In this document: positions 11,176 through 20,804 of the stretch, piece after piece
Layout: each line of letters opens with the position of its first letter
Position numbering within the stretch: the stretch's first letter is position 1
Assembly: GCA_022821385.1 (NCBI GenBank)
Contig: JAJEDR010000096.1
Location: forward strand, 27,609 to 91,608
Length of the DNA: 64,000 nt
From: Rhodothermales bacterium
Lineage (GTDB): Bacteria > Bacteroidota > Rhodothermia > Rhodothermales > Bin80
Direction of reading: 5' to 3'
The notes under the pieces: model-generated
The model's input: only the letters and a program-made list of their open reading frames with translations
Told to the model about the DNA's origin: nothing
The model's database searches: none
Translations under genes and position numbers: made by a program

Positions 11176-12369
11176 TCAATCTCGGGCGCGAGTATTGCGG
11201 TCATAAATGACTATCTGTGGGAATGGAAATGAACGTACCCTAAACACTTGGGTATTGCTGACGGCCGAAACCACTCCATTTCCAAGATATTCCCCCTTCC
11301 CGGTACGGGCGTTAATTCGAAATAAAGGAGAAGGATTTCCAATATCATCAGGTTGTGTGACATCAGGATGTGTGAAATATTCCACATAGAAGTTGTCCGC
11401 TTGATCTGCTATCAAGGTGACAAACATACTTTCACCATATTCTGGAAGCTCTGGAATAATTGTAGGCATACCGTCCGGCTGGAACCCTGAAACCAGACCA
11501 GAGGGCTCAAAATCAGCAAATTTGGTGATCCAAAGTGGCTCTCCTTGCGCCGTGTATCCCCTGAGGACAGGAACATGCTGTCGGATCCATCCTACGATGC
11601 CATGTCGTTTGTTACAGGCTAATAATCCGCCCACTGACATCGCTGTCTGAACCGTAGGATGCGAGAATTTGTAGGGCTCACCAAAAGATGCCACGACTTG
11701 GCCTTCTAATGTCATCTTATGAATGGGCTTCTCTTGGTACTCCGCGAGGATGTACAGATAGCCATCCATAATACATAAATCAGAGGCTCTCCATGCCGGA
11801 GTCTTTATTGTCTTGGACAGAACAAAGCTTCTTTCTTCCCCACGCTCAAATATATGAATGCGAGTATCATCCAAAATGGAAATGATCCGATCTTCCACAG
11901 CAATCTCGAGCAATTCTGACCCAAATTCTCCAGGGCCTTCTCCCGCTCTACCAAAGACACCAACAAAATCGCCACTAAGGCTATTGTATGCCCTCACTTC
12001 CTTGTATCCCGAATCAATTATGTAAAGTGTCTCGTGGCCATCGTGTGATATGTCCGCAATATCTCCGAACATTTCGTGGGCTTCCCCCTCGTCCACTCCT
12101 AGGATAAACGTTTCTCTCTCTTTGCCCACGAGCGCATGTCCTCCATCGGTCACGGATGTAGTCTCACTCAAAACCAATTCAGGGCTACTTGCTTCTGGAA
12201 TGTTATCCGGTGTTGGATGTCGAGTTTTGCGTAATAAGTCCTGAGCGTGAACTTGGTTAGGTCCAGAAATGACCGTAAACACTCCCTGCGTCAGCACAAA
12301 AAAACATAACGTGCACTTGACTAGCAACAATCGAGCATCAGTGTATCCGATCATTCTATACTGTATCAA
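11176..12369 (-). CDS. Secreted 6-bladed beta-propeller (NHL/TolB-like) protein
   Basis: N-terminal hydrophobic signal, and repeated blades of the type YIIDSGYKEVRAYN..G.FVGVFGRAGEGPGEF. Confidence 0.6.
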   Translation of the reverse strand: MIQYRMIGYTDARLLLVKCTLCFFVLTQGVFTVISGPNQVHAQDLLRKTRHPTPDNIPEASSPELVLSETTSVTDGGHALVGKERETFILGVDEGEAHEMFGDIADISHDGHETLYIIDSGYKEVRAYNSLSGDFVGVFGRAGEGPGEFGSELLEIAVEDRIISILDDTRIHIFERGEERSFVLSKTIKTPAWRASDLCIMDGYLYILAEYQEKPIHKMTLEGQVVASFGEPYKFSHPTVQTAMSVGGLLACNKRHGIVGWIRQHVPVLRGYTAQGEPLWITKFADFEPSGLVSGFQPDGMPTIIPELPEYGESMFVTLIADQADNFYVEYFTHPDVTQPDDIGNPSPLFRINARTGKGEYLGNGVVSAVSNTQVFRVRSFPFPQIVIYDRNTRARD

Positions 12370-12500
12370 TGTTTCAGGGGAACGCTCGCCGCAACAAACT
12401 GCAGTGGCGTTACAGTCTGAGTTATTACTTCATGCGCAGCCGCCGTGGATGTAAGCGGTGCTTGATGCGACAAGACGAATCAGCTACGATATAACTGGGA

Positions 12501-12785
12501 TCAATCCTTCTTCTTTTCAGCAACCGATACTTCTTTGGTATCCGAGGTTCCATTGGTAGTAGCCTTGGACTCCTTTTCGCGCTTTGGGGATTCTTTCGCA
12601 GCAGGTTCAGCGGCGTAATCTGTCTGATAGAAGCCACTGCCTTTGAAAATAAATCCGGTGCCACCACTGATGAGTCGCTGAACGGGCTGACCGGTTGTCG
12701 GGCAGTGCGTAAGTCGGTCTGCGGTGATTGGCTGTAGGATCTCAAAGACAGTTCCATCAGCCCGCTTATAGTCGTAAGTTGGCAT
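12501..12785 (-). CDS. FmdB/CxxC_CxxC_SSSS-family-like small protein with a degenerate zinc ribbon
   Basis: The internal ATG (12783-12785) gives MPTYDYKRADGTVFEILQPITADRLTHCPTTGQPVQRLISGGTGFIFKGSGFYQTDY plus a lysine/glutamate-rich tail. The longer track ORF (to 12947) would overlap the upstream hydrolase gene. Confidence 0.65.
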   Translation of the reverse strand: MPTYDYKRADGTVFEILQPITADRLTHCPTTGQPVQRLISGGTGFIFKGSGFYQTDYAAEPAAKESPKREKESKATTNGTSDTKEVSVAEKKKD

Positions 12786-12846
12786 ACAGATTAAAATAGG
12801 ATTCGGCAACCGCTGGAAAAGCTCAAACACGATGATTGTTCCGATC

Positions 12847-14112
12847 CTATTCGGGCATCGGCCAGAAAAATGCCTCGTAGACCGCATCTGCAACTGATCC
12901 CCGGATGCCTCTGAACCGTTCGTACTCATCCCTCGTCGGATAAACACGATTGGTGAGCAGAATCACCCAGACCTCTGAATCAGGATCAATCCACAGGGAG
13001 GTTCCGGTGAAACCTGTATGACCATAACTTCGCGAACCGAAGTACTGGCCGGCTGAAGACGGCTCATCATTGAGATTTCGTGTATCCCAGCCTAGCGCGC
13101 GCGTGCTGAAAGAAGTATCCACTACGGTCGTGAAGAGATCAATTGTTTGAGATTTCAGAAACTCCATTCCAGCGAAGTTTCCTCGTTGTGTCATCATCTG
13201 GGCAAACCGCGAGAGATCCAATACTGTAGAAAAAAGTCCGGCATGCCCAGCAACCCCTCCAAGTGTCCAAGCGGTTTCGTCATGAACTTCGCCCTGTATC
13301 AGACGATTTCGGAAATAGTCATCCAATTCAGTAGGTACGACGGTGGAATCCGGTATGCCGGTAATGCGAAATCCTGTGGATTTCATACCGAGCGGTTCGA
13401 AAATATTTCGGCTACACCATTGATCGAAAGGTTCTCGCGTGACTGATTCAATGGCCAACGCAAGCGAAATCATGCCAAAGTCGCTGTAGACGTACTCTTC
13501 CCCCGGTTCTGAAAGAAGTGCAGTCGTGAGTATGGAATCCAGAACTGCTTCGCGGCTTACAATACCATCAAGATAGAATGGACGCCATGCGGGCAGACCA
13601 CTCGTATGTGTCAAAAGATGGCGTATGGTAATGGGACGTCTTTCAGGTGTGTTGTATGCCTCCAGGTAATGAAATACAGGAGCTTCTATATCCAGCTGCC
13701 CCCGCTCGTAGAGGATCATGGTTGCTGTTGTTGTAGCAACAACCTTGGTCAGGGATGCAAGATCAAAGAGTGATTCCAGTTCCATACGGCGTTGGCCGCC
13801 GTATGTATATGTGCCGTACTCAGCCATTTTGACCACCTGCGTCCCCTGTCCCACGGATACTACAGCACCTGGAAAGGCTTGCGCATCAATGAAATCCACA
13901 ATCAGCGAATCAATACGCTCGAGCGCAGCCGGGTTAACAATAATGGGGCTATTGACAGATGTACGTGGGCGTTCTACAGCCGGGGGGACACGTCTTGGGC
14001 TGACGTACCCCCAGCCTACCGGGCCATTCTGGACAGTTTCTCTAGCCGACTGGCAGGCACTTAGGGTTAATATCCCGATGGCAAGAACATAGAAATTCCG
14101 ATGCATCCTCAT
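12847..14112 (-). CDS. Beta-lactamase-fold serine hydrolase (class C / esterase-like), lipoprotein
   Basis: Signal LAIGILTLSAC, the SxxK motif (ASLTKVV), and GHTGFTG near the C-terminus. Confidence 0.8.
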   Translation of the reverse strand: MRMHRNFYVLAIGILTLSACQSARETVQNGPVGWGYVSPRRVPPAVERPRTSVNSPIIVNPAALERIDSLIVDFIDAQAFPGAVVSVGQGTQVVKMAEYGTYTYGGQRRMELESLFDLASLTKVVATTTATMILYERGQLDIEAPVFHYLEAYNTPERRPITIRHLLTHTSGLPAWRPFYLDGIVSREAVLDSILTTALLSEPGEEYVYSDFGMISLALAIESVTREPFDQWCSRNIFEPLGMKSTGFRITGIPDSTVVPTELDDYFRNRLIQGEVHDETAWTLGGVAGHAGLFSTVLDLSRFAQMMTQRGNFAGMEFLKSQTIDLFTTVVDTSFSTRALGWDTRNLNDEPSSAGQYFGSRSYGHTGFTGTSLWIDPDSEVWVILLTNRVYPTRDEYERFRGIRGSVADAVYEAFFWPMPE

Positions 14113-14181
14113 GATTATTCGCTATCCGCAGAGATAGTGGTATATTTGGGCCAGGTTCGCTCACAAAACTTTTCAGTGTAG

Positions 14182-14541
14182 ATGCCAAAGATAACGGTCT
14201 CCGGGTATGGAATTTTTGAAATTGAAGAAGGACAGCGGTTGGTCAATGCATTGGAAGCAAGTGGAGTTGATATTGGACACCGTTGTGGCGGGTACGCACG
14301 CTGTACGACTTGTCGGGTAGAGATCACTGAGGGAGAACCTGAGGTCATTTCCAGAGCGGAGCAGGAAAAGTTGGCAGACCGCGATTTGCTTGGGGAGGTA
14401 AGGCTTGCTTGCCAAATTCTCGTGGAGCATGATATGACACTTAGGCCGTTAATGACCGTTAGCGAGATGGGATGGTCCGATCCTGGCCCAGATCCTGAGG
14501 AAACGGTTACTCCCATTCCCGACTGGGTTGAACGATCCTGA
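14182..14541 (+). CDS. 2Fe-2S ferredoxin-domain protein
   Basis: HRCGGYARCTTCRVEI....LACQILV gives the C-x4-C-x2-C...C ligand pattern. Confidence 0.8.
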   Translation: MPKITVSGYGIFEIEEGQRLVNALEASGVDIGHRCGGYARCTTCRVEITEGEPEVISRAEQEKLADRDLLGEVRLACQILVEHDMTLRPLMTVSEMGWSDPGPDPEETVTPIPDWVERS

Positions 14542-14623
14542 GTCATGACATAGGTGGTGTCCGTTAGCAGGGACATTTCTTGCAGTCAATTGCTAATATC
14601 AAGTGTGACTTAAAGTGTCCGTA

Positions 14624-14689
14624 TTGATGGGCACGCTTTTTGCCGGACTGATTATTTGAACTATTGTGTTCAGATTGTGTACCCATCAA
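14624..14689. promoter_or_regulatory. Imperfect inverted repeat upstream of the GH5 gene
   Basis: TTGATGGGCAC (14624-14634) pairs with GTACCCATCAA (14679-14689) at 10 of 11 complementary positions, with a 44-nt spacer. It lies 50 nt before the 14739 start. Confidence 0.2.
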
Positions 14690-14738
14690 CGGGTATGGTC
14701 CGTAACTACAAATGGGGGCAGTGTAAATCACATACACC

Positions 14739-17390
14739 GTGTGTGCAATGGTCAGGTTCTTACTCGTAGTTCAAAGGCACTTGGTCTGCTTTTTCGTCGG
14801 CGGGCTTCTGGCCGCATCCATCGTGATAGCGCAGGGTACGGCTACCTACGAGCTTACATTTACTCCGACCTGGAGTGCCTCTACACATCCAGATGACTTT
14901 CCTCCCAATCCCCATTTTTCCGGGTTAATTGGAGCCACTCACAGTGATGCGGTGCACTTCTGGCGTACCGGGGAAGTTGCGACAGAGGGCATCAAACAAA
15001 TGGCTGAGCTTGGAGCCAAGGGGGCGCTCCGCAGCGAAATCAACCAGGCGAAAGGCGAATCAAACGCGGACTATATCATAGACGCGTCGGGGGTCAACTC
15101 CCCCGGTGTCCGAAAAACAACTTTCGAGATTCGTCCGCCTTGGAGCTCAGTGACGGTTACATCAATGGTTGCTCCAAGCCCCGACTGGTTTGTTGGTGTA
15201 TCCGGTCTGAACATGCTGGATGAGGATATGAATTGGATTGATACGCTGGAAATAGATCTGTTCGTTTACGATGCAGGAACTGACAGTGGATCCAACTACA
15301 CATCACCGAATCGCCCCACCAACCCAAGAGAGCAAATCAGACGTATACAGGAATCGCCCTTCCTGGTGAGCGGGGCAGTTAAACCGGTGGGCACTTTCCG
15401 GTTTGAACTACAAACGGTAGCACTTCCTTCGGCTGGTTATTTCAGCGTTGCCGGAACGGAGATTCTGGATGTGAATGGACAGCCAGCGGTAATCAAGGGT
15501 ATGGGGCTTGGCGGCTGGCTGCTGCCGGAAGGTTACATGCTTCATATTTCAACGAGGAACCAACCAACGGACGGCCCCACCGGAATACGAAACCAAATGA
15601 TTGATCTCATTGGTGAACGGGGGACGGACGAATTCTTTGAGTTGTTCAGGGAGAAGTATGTGCAGGAAAAGGATATTGCCAAAATGAGGGAGTGGGGATT
15701 CGATCATGTTCGCCTGCCATTTCATTATCGGTTGTTTTACGATCCTGATCTAGATACATGGGAGGAGGACGGCTTTGAGCTACTGGATACATTTCTGGAA
15801 TGGTGTCGCAGACATGACGTAAATGTGATTCTTGATATGCACGCGGCGCCGGGCGCCCAGAATGAAGGAGGGATTTCAGACAGTGACGGTGAGGCGCGGC
15901 TCTGGACCGAACCAGACAAGTACTGGCCGCAGACAATAAAAATCTGGCGCGAAATTGCCAGACGCTACAATGACGATCCCGTGATCATCGGGTATGATCT
16001 AATTAACGAGCCTACGGTCCCCGACGAAATCGCTTCAAGTCTGGCCGACCTGTATACCCGGATCATCAACGCAGTCCAACCGATCTCTCCCAACCACTTG
16101 TTTTTCCTGGAAGGCAACTGGTGGGCGACTTCGTTTGACGAACATCTGCGCGAGATTCCGAGGCATAAAGACAATGTAGTCTACACATATCATCATTACT
16201 GGAAGGGCGTTGATCAGGGTGCCATCCAGTACCTGTTAAGTATGAGGGAGGAGGACGACGTGCCTCTCTATGTGGGCGAGACTGGTGAAAACTCAAATTC
16301 CTGGTTCTACGCACTCACAAAGTTAGCGGAGGAGCATCGTCTCGGGATCAATTGGTGGACGCATAAAAAAATCGAAACTACAACAAGCCCGCTCAGTGCA
16401 CCGTTTGCACCCGGTTATGAGGCTGTAATTAGATATTGGCGCGGTGACGGGCCGAAGCCCTCCGGTGAAGCTGCGTACAGGGGGCTCATGGGGATGGCCC
16501 ACTACCTTGATTTGGATTCCGCTCGCGTGAATCACGGCTTATTGGCTGCGCTTTTTGATCCAGAATTTGGAACGGTACAGAAGCCATTCAAGGAGCATGA
16601 GGTTCCGGGTATCATCAATGCTGCTGACTATGATCTGGGGAATCAGGGAGTGGCATATCAAGATACGGACCACTGGGCGGTTACGGGAAGCCCTGGAGGG
16701 GGCAACAGTGGACGCGGGTATCGCAATGATGGTGTGGATATTGAGCCATCAACGGATCCAAACGGATTTGCTTACAATGTGGGGTTCACTGAGCGTTTTG
16801 AGTGGTTGGAGTTCACCGTAGATGTCTTGCACGATGGAGTCTACGAGATCGATGTTCGTGGTGCCAGTCAGAGCGGGGGAGACCGGACTGGTCCTGATAT
16901 CATCTTCTCTCTTGACGGAGATCGTATTGGAGAAGTAGAAATAGGCAATACAGGTGGTTGGCAGCAGTGGGTTACGGAACAGGTGCGCACGCCTGAACTG
17001 AAGGCCGGCACTCAGCGTGTCCTCCGGGTGAGTTTTTCGGATCGGGAGGTCAACCTGAATCGAATGACGTTCCGCCTGGTGTCTACCACTCAGCGGGAAG
17101 CAGATGAGATACCAGCCGAGCCCGAGTTGCTTGCAACATACCCGAATCCGTTTACAGAGGTTGTCCATATATCGTTTTCTACACCGGAACCAGTAACAGT
17201 GGCGGCCGTGCTCTATGACGTGCTAGGACGTCAGGTGTATCAGGCGGATGAAGCGGCTTACAGTGCAGGGAGTCACGAGATATCAATGCCGGGTCTGGCG
17301 TTAGCACCGGGAGTTTACGTTTTGCGGTTGATGCTTGACGGGCCGGGGTTGTCAAAAACCATTACGCGTCCACTGGTTGCTACGAAATAG
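14739..17390 (+). CDS. Multidomain secreted protein: spondin_N domain + GH5 glycoside hydrolase + carbohydrate-binding module + T9SS C-terminal sorting domain
   Basis: Spondin_N: YELTFTPTWSASTHPDDFPPNPHFSGLIGATHS...APSPDWFVGVSGL...DAGTDSG. GH5: DLINEP (acid/base) and VGETGE (nucleophile). CBM6/35-like: INAADYDLGNQGVAYQD...RVSF. C-terminal domain: YPNPFTEVVHISF...GVYVLRL. Confidence 0.8.
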   Translation: MCAMVRFLLVVQRHLVCFFVGGLLAASIVIAQGTATYELTFTPTWSASTHPDDFPPNPHFSGLIGATHSDAVHFWRTGEVATEGIKQMAELGAKGALRSEINQAKGESNADYIIDASGVNSPGVRKTTFEIRPPWSSVTVTSMVAPSPDWFVGVSGLNMLDEDMNWIDTLEIDLFVYDAGTDSGSNYTSPNRPTNPREQIRRIQESPFLVSGAVKPVGTFRFELQTVALPSAGYFSVAGTEILDVNGQPAVIKGMGLGGWLLPEGYMLHISTRNQPTDGPTGIRNQMIDLIGERGTDEFFELFREKYVQEKDIAKMREWGFDHVRLPFHYRLFYDPDLDTWEEDGFELLDTFLEWCRRHDVNVILDMHAAPGAQNEGGISDSDGEARLWTEPDKYWPQTIKIWREIARRYNDDPVIIGYDLINEPTVPDEIASSLADLYTRIINAVQPISPNHLFFLEGNWWATSFDEHLREIPRHKDNVVYTYHHYWKGVDQGAIQYLLSMREEDDVPLYVGETGENSNSWFYALTKLAEEHRLGINWWTHKKIETTTSPLSAPFAPGYEAVIRYWRGDGPKPSGEAAYRGLMGMAHYLDLDSARVNHGLLAALFDPEFGTVQKPFKEHEVPGIINAADYDLGNQGVAYQDTDHWAVTGSPGGGNSGRGYRNDGVDIEPSTDPNGFAYNVGFTERFEWLEFTVDVLHDGVYEIDVRGASQSGGDRTGPDIIFSLDGDRIGEVEIGNTGGWQQWVTEQVRTPELKAGTQRVLRVSFSDREVNLNRMTFRLVSTTQREADEIPAEPELLATYPNPFTEVVHISFSTPEPVTVAAVLYDVLGRQVYQADEAAYSAGSHEISMPGLALAPGVYVLRLMLDGPGLSKTITRPLVATK

Positions 17391-18342
17391 GTCGGTATCA
17401 GATCAAGGCCGGACCGGAGTCTTGTGGGGTTACTCTGATGCGGAAGTGGTTTCCATTTAAGGCCAATTGGAGGAATTCTCGCTCATATTCACCATTTTTC
17501 CTCCAAGTGTTTACAGATTGGCCTACCAAACTGGAAGATCGGAAGCATAGAGCGTATTGGGGTGTCTGGCCTGTAGTCATGCGGCCAGAGCCAGAGCAAG
17601 CAAAAACAGAAGTGAGCTATTCCCAATTCGCATATCGTCCCCTTGGGCTTACATCAATCCGAATTCCACCAAGAAACAGCACTGAGCCTTGCTTTGACAG
17701 AAGGGAAGCCTCGGGCCTGCATCCATATTGCGGAAGGAATTTGTTCATTGGGTAGAGCCCCAAGTCGTACTTTACTACTGAATTCTTGCATTCCAAACTG
17801 GTCAGACTAACCGAAGTCAATGTCGTCAAATGGCATGTACCAGATATGAACTTTTATTCAATCAGTTTCTGGTAGTCCCGAGGGGAAATTGTTGTCCTAC
17901 CAATCTGTCGAGGGCGGTGATGGTGGCAAACAGCATGTTTGAACCGCTTGACACCCGTTTGAAGTGGCAACTGACATGGGATCGCTGACACGCCGTCATT
18001 CCCACATTATATCTATTGAATAAACTCGTTCACTATAGTACTTATTGAACCTGAATCGTTAATTATCTGGCCGTAGAGCTGTTTTTCGAATGAAGTCTCA
18101 AAATACTTTTGGCGTATTGGAGGAAGAAAAGGGGTTCAATCGTGCGCCACGGAAGGCGAACGGGTAACTTCACAGCAAGGAATGTTCGGGTTACCGTTCC
18201 CTATGCACTATGAAATAGTGATGTGAGTTGCTGCACAGTGTGGTAGTTCGGGTATATAATCATATGCTATTGATTTTCCTGACTCAGACTGCTCGAATTT
18301 GTGGAGGTGTTTTGGTCCTGAGGCGTTAGAGTCGGTGGTGTC

Positions 18343-19932
18343 ATGAATAATCTGAATGAATTACTGCGTACGCTTTCTCAGTACGAGTTGCTGAGAGTTG
18401 TAGAGCGAGAAGCTAAAGACTTGGGGCTTAGTGCATACGCGGTGGGTGGATTTGTTCGGGATGCAATTCTTGGGCGTCCAACGGTGGATTTGGATTTTGT
18501 GGTCTTGGGCCACGGTACAGGTATTCGGCTTGCCCAATCGGTTAGCAAGCGCCTGAATGGTTCCATGGCCCATGTTTACCCGAAATTTGGAACAGCTGCT
18601 GTTCGATCGGGAGATACCGTATTGGAGTTTGTGGCTGCCCGGCGGGAGAGTTATAGAGCAGATTCTCGTAAACCGATTGTAGAAGATGGTACACTGCAGG
18701 ATGATTTGCTCCGTCGGGATTTTACCATTAACACGTTGGCGATCAGTCTTACTGGGGAACTGCCGTTTGGTGAGTTACTGGACCCGTTCGGTGGTCTTGT
18801 GGATTTAGATGCGGGCCGTATTCGCACACCGAAACCGGCCGGGGCTACCTTTGCAGATGATCCTTTACGTATGATCAGGGCGGCCCGCTTTGCAGCTCAG
18901 CTTAATTTCCGTGTCGAAGTGAATACTCGCCGGGCTATGCGGCAGGAAGCCCACCGTATCGGCATTGTGAGTCAGGAAAGGATAACGGATGAGTTACACA
19001 AGATTATGGCCAGCCCGGAGCCTTCGCTCGGGCTGCGCATTTTGGAGGAGGTAGCGCTTCTGCGCGAGATTATTCCTGAACTCAGTGCATTGCGAGGCGT
19101 GGACACCGTGGCGGGACAGCGTCACAAGGATAATTTCTTTCACACGCTGCAGGTAGTGGACAATGTGGTTGCAACGGCTTCACCGGACAAGTACTGGTTG
19201 CGTTGGGCTGCACTCCTTCACGACATTGCCAAGCCGCGCACTAAACGGTTCGTGTCCGGCACGGGTTGGACCTTTCACGGCCATGAGGATCGCGGTGCCC
19301 GGATGGTTCCCAAGCTGTTCAAAAAACTGCGCTTACCGTTGGATGAACGCATGGCCTATGTCAGAAAACTGGTAGCTCTGCATCACCGACCTGTGGCACT
19401 TGTGGATGACGAAGTGACAGATTCTGCGATTCGAAGGTTGCTATTTGATGCCGGGGAAGACATTGAAGACCTGATGACGCTGGTTCGCGCAGATATTACT
19501 TCACGCAACCCACGTCGTGTGCGGCGTTACTTGCAGGCATTCGATTCGGTAGAGAAAAAATTTATAGAGGTCGAAGCTAAAGATCATCTACGGAATTTTC
19601 AACCGCCGCTGGGTGGGCGGGAGATCATGGAGGTTGTTGGTATCAAGGCGGGGGTTGCTGTTGGAATTATCAAGGACGCAGTCCGTGAAGCTATTCTGGA
19701 TGGAATGATTCCGAATGAGCATGCTGCTGCGTTTGCCCTGATGATGGAGATCAAGGATGATGCGCTACGTCGAGCCAAACTTTACGAGGAGGTGATTTTA
19801 CCTATGCGCGGGAACGAGCGACGTGTAGCAAACGCGTTGAAGCGGGAGATCATGGGCGGGGATATCCCCGAAGACCATAAGGCTGCACTAGCTTATCTGA
19901 TGGCGTTAAAATCACGTTTACTCGTCGTCTAA
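18343..19932 (+). CDS. cca: CCA-adding tRNA nucleotidyltransferase / poly(A) polymerase family with HD domain
   Basis: GGFVRDAILGRPTVDLDF, RRDFTINTLA, DPLRMIRAARF, and HD motif LLHDIAKP. Its last 15 nt overlap the convergent ORF 19918..20319. Confidence 0.85.
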   Translation: MNNLNELLRTLSQYELLRVVEREAKDLGLSAYAVGGFVRDAILGRPTVDLDFVVLGHGTGIRLAQSVSKRLNGSMAHVYPKFGTAAVRSGDTVLEFVAARRESYRADSRKPIVEDGTLQDDLLRRDFTINTLAISLTGELPFGELLDPFGGLVDLDAGRIRTPKPAGATFADDPLRMIRAARFAAQLNFRVEVNTRRAMRQEAHRIGIVSQERITDELHKIMASPEPSLGLRILEEVALLREIIPELSALRGVDTVAGQRHKDNFFHTLQVVDNVVATASPDKYWLRWAALLHDIAKPRTKRFVSGTGWTFHGHEDRGARMVPKLFKKLRLPLDERMAYVRKLVALHHRPVALVDDEVTDSAIRRLLFDAGEDIEDLMTLVRADITSRNPRRVRRYLQAFDSVEKKFIEVEAKDHLRNFQPPLGGREIMEVVGIKAGVAVGIIKDAVREAILDGMIPNEHAAAFALMMEIKDDALRRAKLYEEVILPMRGNERRVANALKREIMGGDIPEDHKAALAYLMALKSRLLVV

Positions 19933-20319
19933 CGGAGCCGGACGCACATCCCAACTGAGCATTTGCTCAATCGTGGCAAAGTCTTCTTCTCCGTCGGCGT
20001 CTGTGAAGGCATAGTCACCGAGTGTGGCCCGAGCCATGGAGCTTAAGCGCCTCCACTGAAACGCTTCCTGATCTTCAAACTCATCGGGAAAAGGGCTCGG
20101 AATTTCGTAACTGGGGTGGTAGGTCTTGTAGGTTTTGTGCGCTTCATGGATGGCCGCCCGGCGCGCCCCAGGTTCCGTGACACTGGAGCCTTGCACTTCG
20201 AAGGGAGTTACGGTAATTGTTGCCGTAACTGTACCATCGTCATACTCTTCGTATTCGGGACGCATAACCTCAAAGTCCAAGGGCTTGGGGTATGCACTTC
20301 GCTCATTAAAATCACGCAT
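19918..20319 (-). CDS. Hypothetical acidic protein (133 aa)
   Basis: Track ORF with no recognisable motif and plausible composition. Confidence 0.4.
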   Translation of the reverse strand: MRDFNERSAYPKPLDFEVMRPEYEEYDDGTVTATITVTPFEVQGSSVTEPGARRAAIHEAHKTYKTYHPSYEIPSPFPDEFEDQEAFQWRRLSSMARATLGDYAFTDADGEEDFATIEQMLSWDVRPAPLDDE

Positions 20320-20470
20320 CTGTTACAATTAGAATATTCTCACGTAGATCTAGCAATCATCTCCCAGCGGCACCGCCTTCCAGGTTTTAACTAGAACACT
20401 CAGAGCGAGGTTCAGGCTTTCCACAATGTTTTGGGGATACCGCGTGAATAAGTGTGTGATCCTGTGAAGG

Positions 20471-20631
20471 ATTATTGCAATAATGGCATTTGACTCTTTA
20501 TCTGTATTAAACTTGCCCGAATATGGTCATATCGTAGCAAAATCGTGTATAATTAACGGAATCTGACCGGAAATAGGCCCCTGAGAAAGGCTTTTCATAT
20601 TTCTGGGCCATTGTAGCATTAATGGCATTTG
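20471..20631 (+). promoter_or_regulatory. Repeated motif pair in the nrdJ leader
   Basis: The exact 12-mer TAATGGCATTTG occurs at 20481-20492 and 20620-20631. The first copy abuts a perfect 14-bp palindrome, ATTATTGCAATAAT (20471-20484). The second overlaps the inverted repeat GCCATT-n8-AATGGC (20607-20626). Confidence 0.3.
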
Positions 20632-20804
20632 TTTATTATCTTTTTAGTAGATTGGCGCGTGTGGCCCAATTCGAGATTCACATTTACTAAGACTCGCTGA
20701 GCTTTTAACCGAACTGGTATCCCGAATTTCCATGGAGATGGACATTCAGGTTGTTATGGGGTGGCAAGGCAGGCGAGTAAAAATCATTCGGACTGACCAA
20801 CGAG

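Noticed and set aside
12501-12947. Long (148-aa) version of the FmdB-like ORF
   Set aside because: The N-terminal 54 codons overlap the 3' end of the serine hydrolase gene and have no family similarity. The canonical MP.Y.Y start lies at 12785.
20395-20804. Cobalamin riboswitch or NrdR boxes upstream of the B12-dependent RNR
   Set aside because: I could not find a B12-box-like core or paired 16-bp NrdR palindromes by eye. The repeated 12-mer I did see is reported separately. An Infernal scan is needed for certainty.
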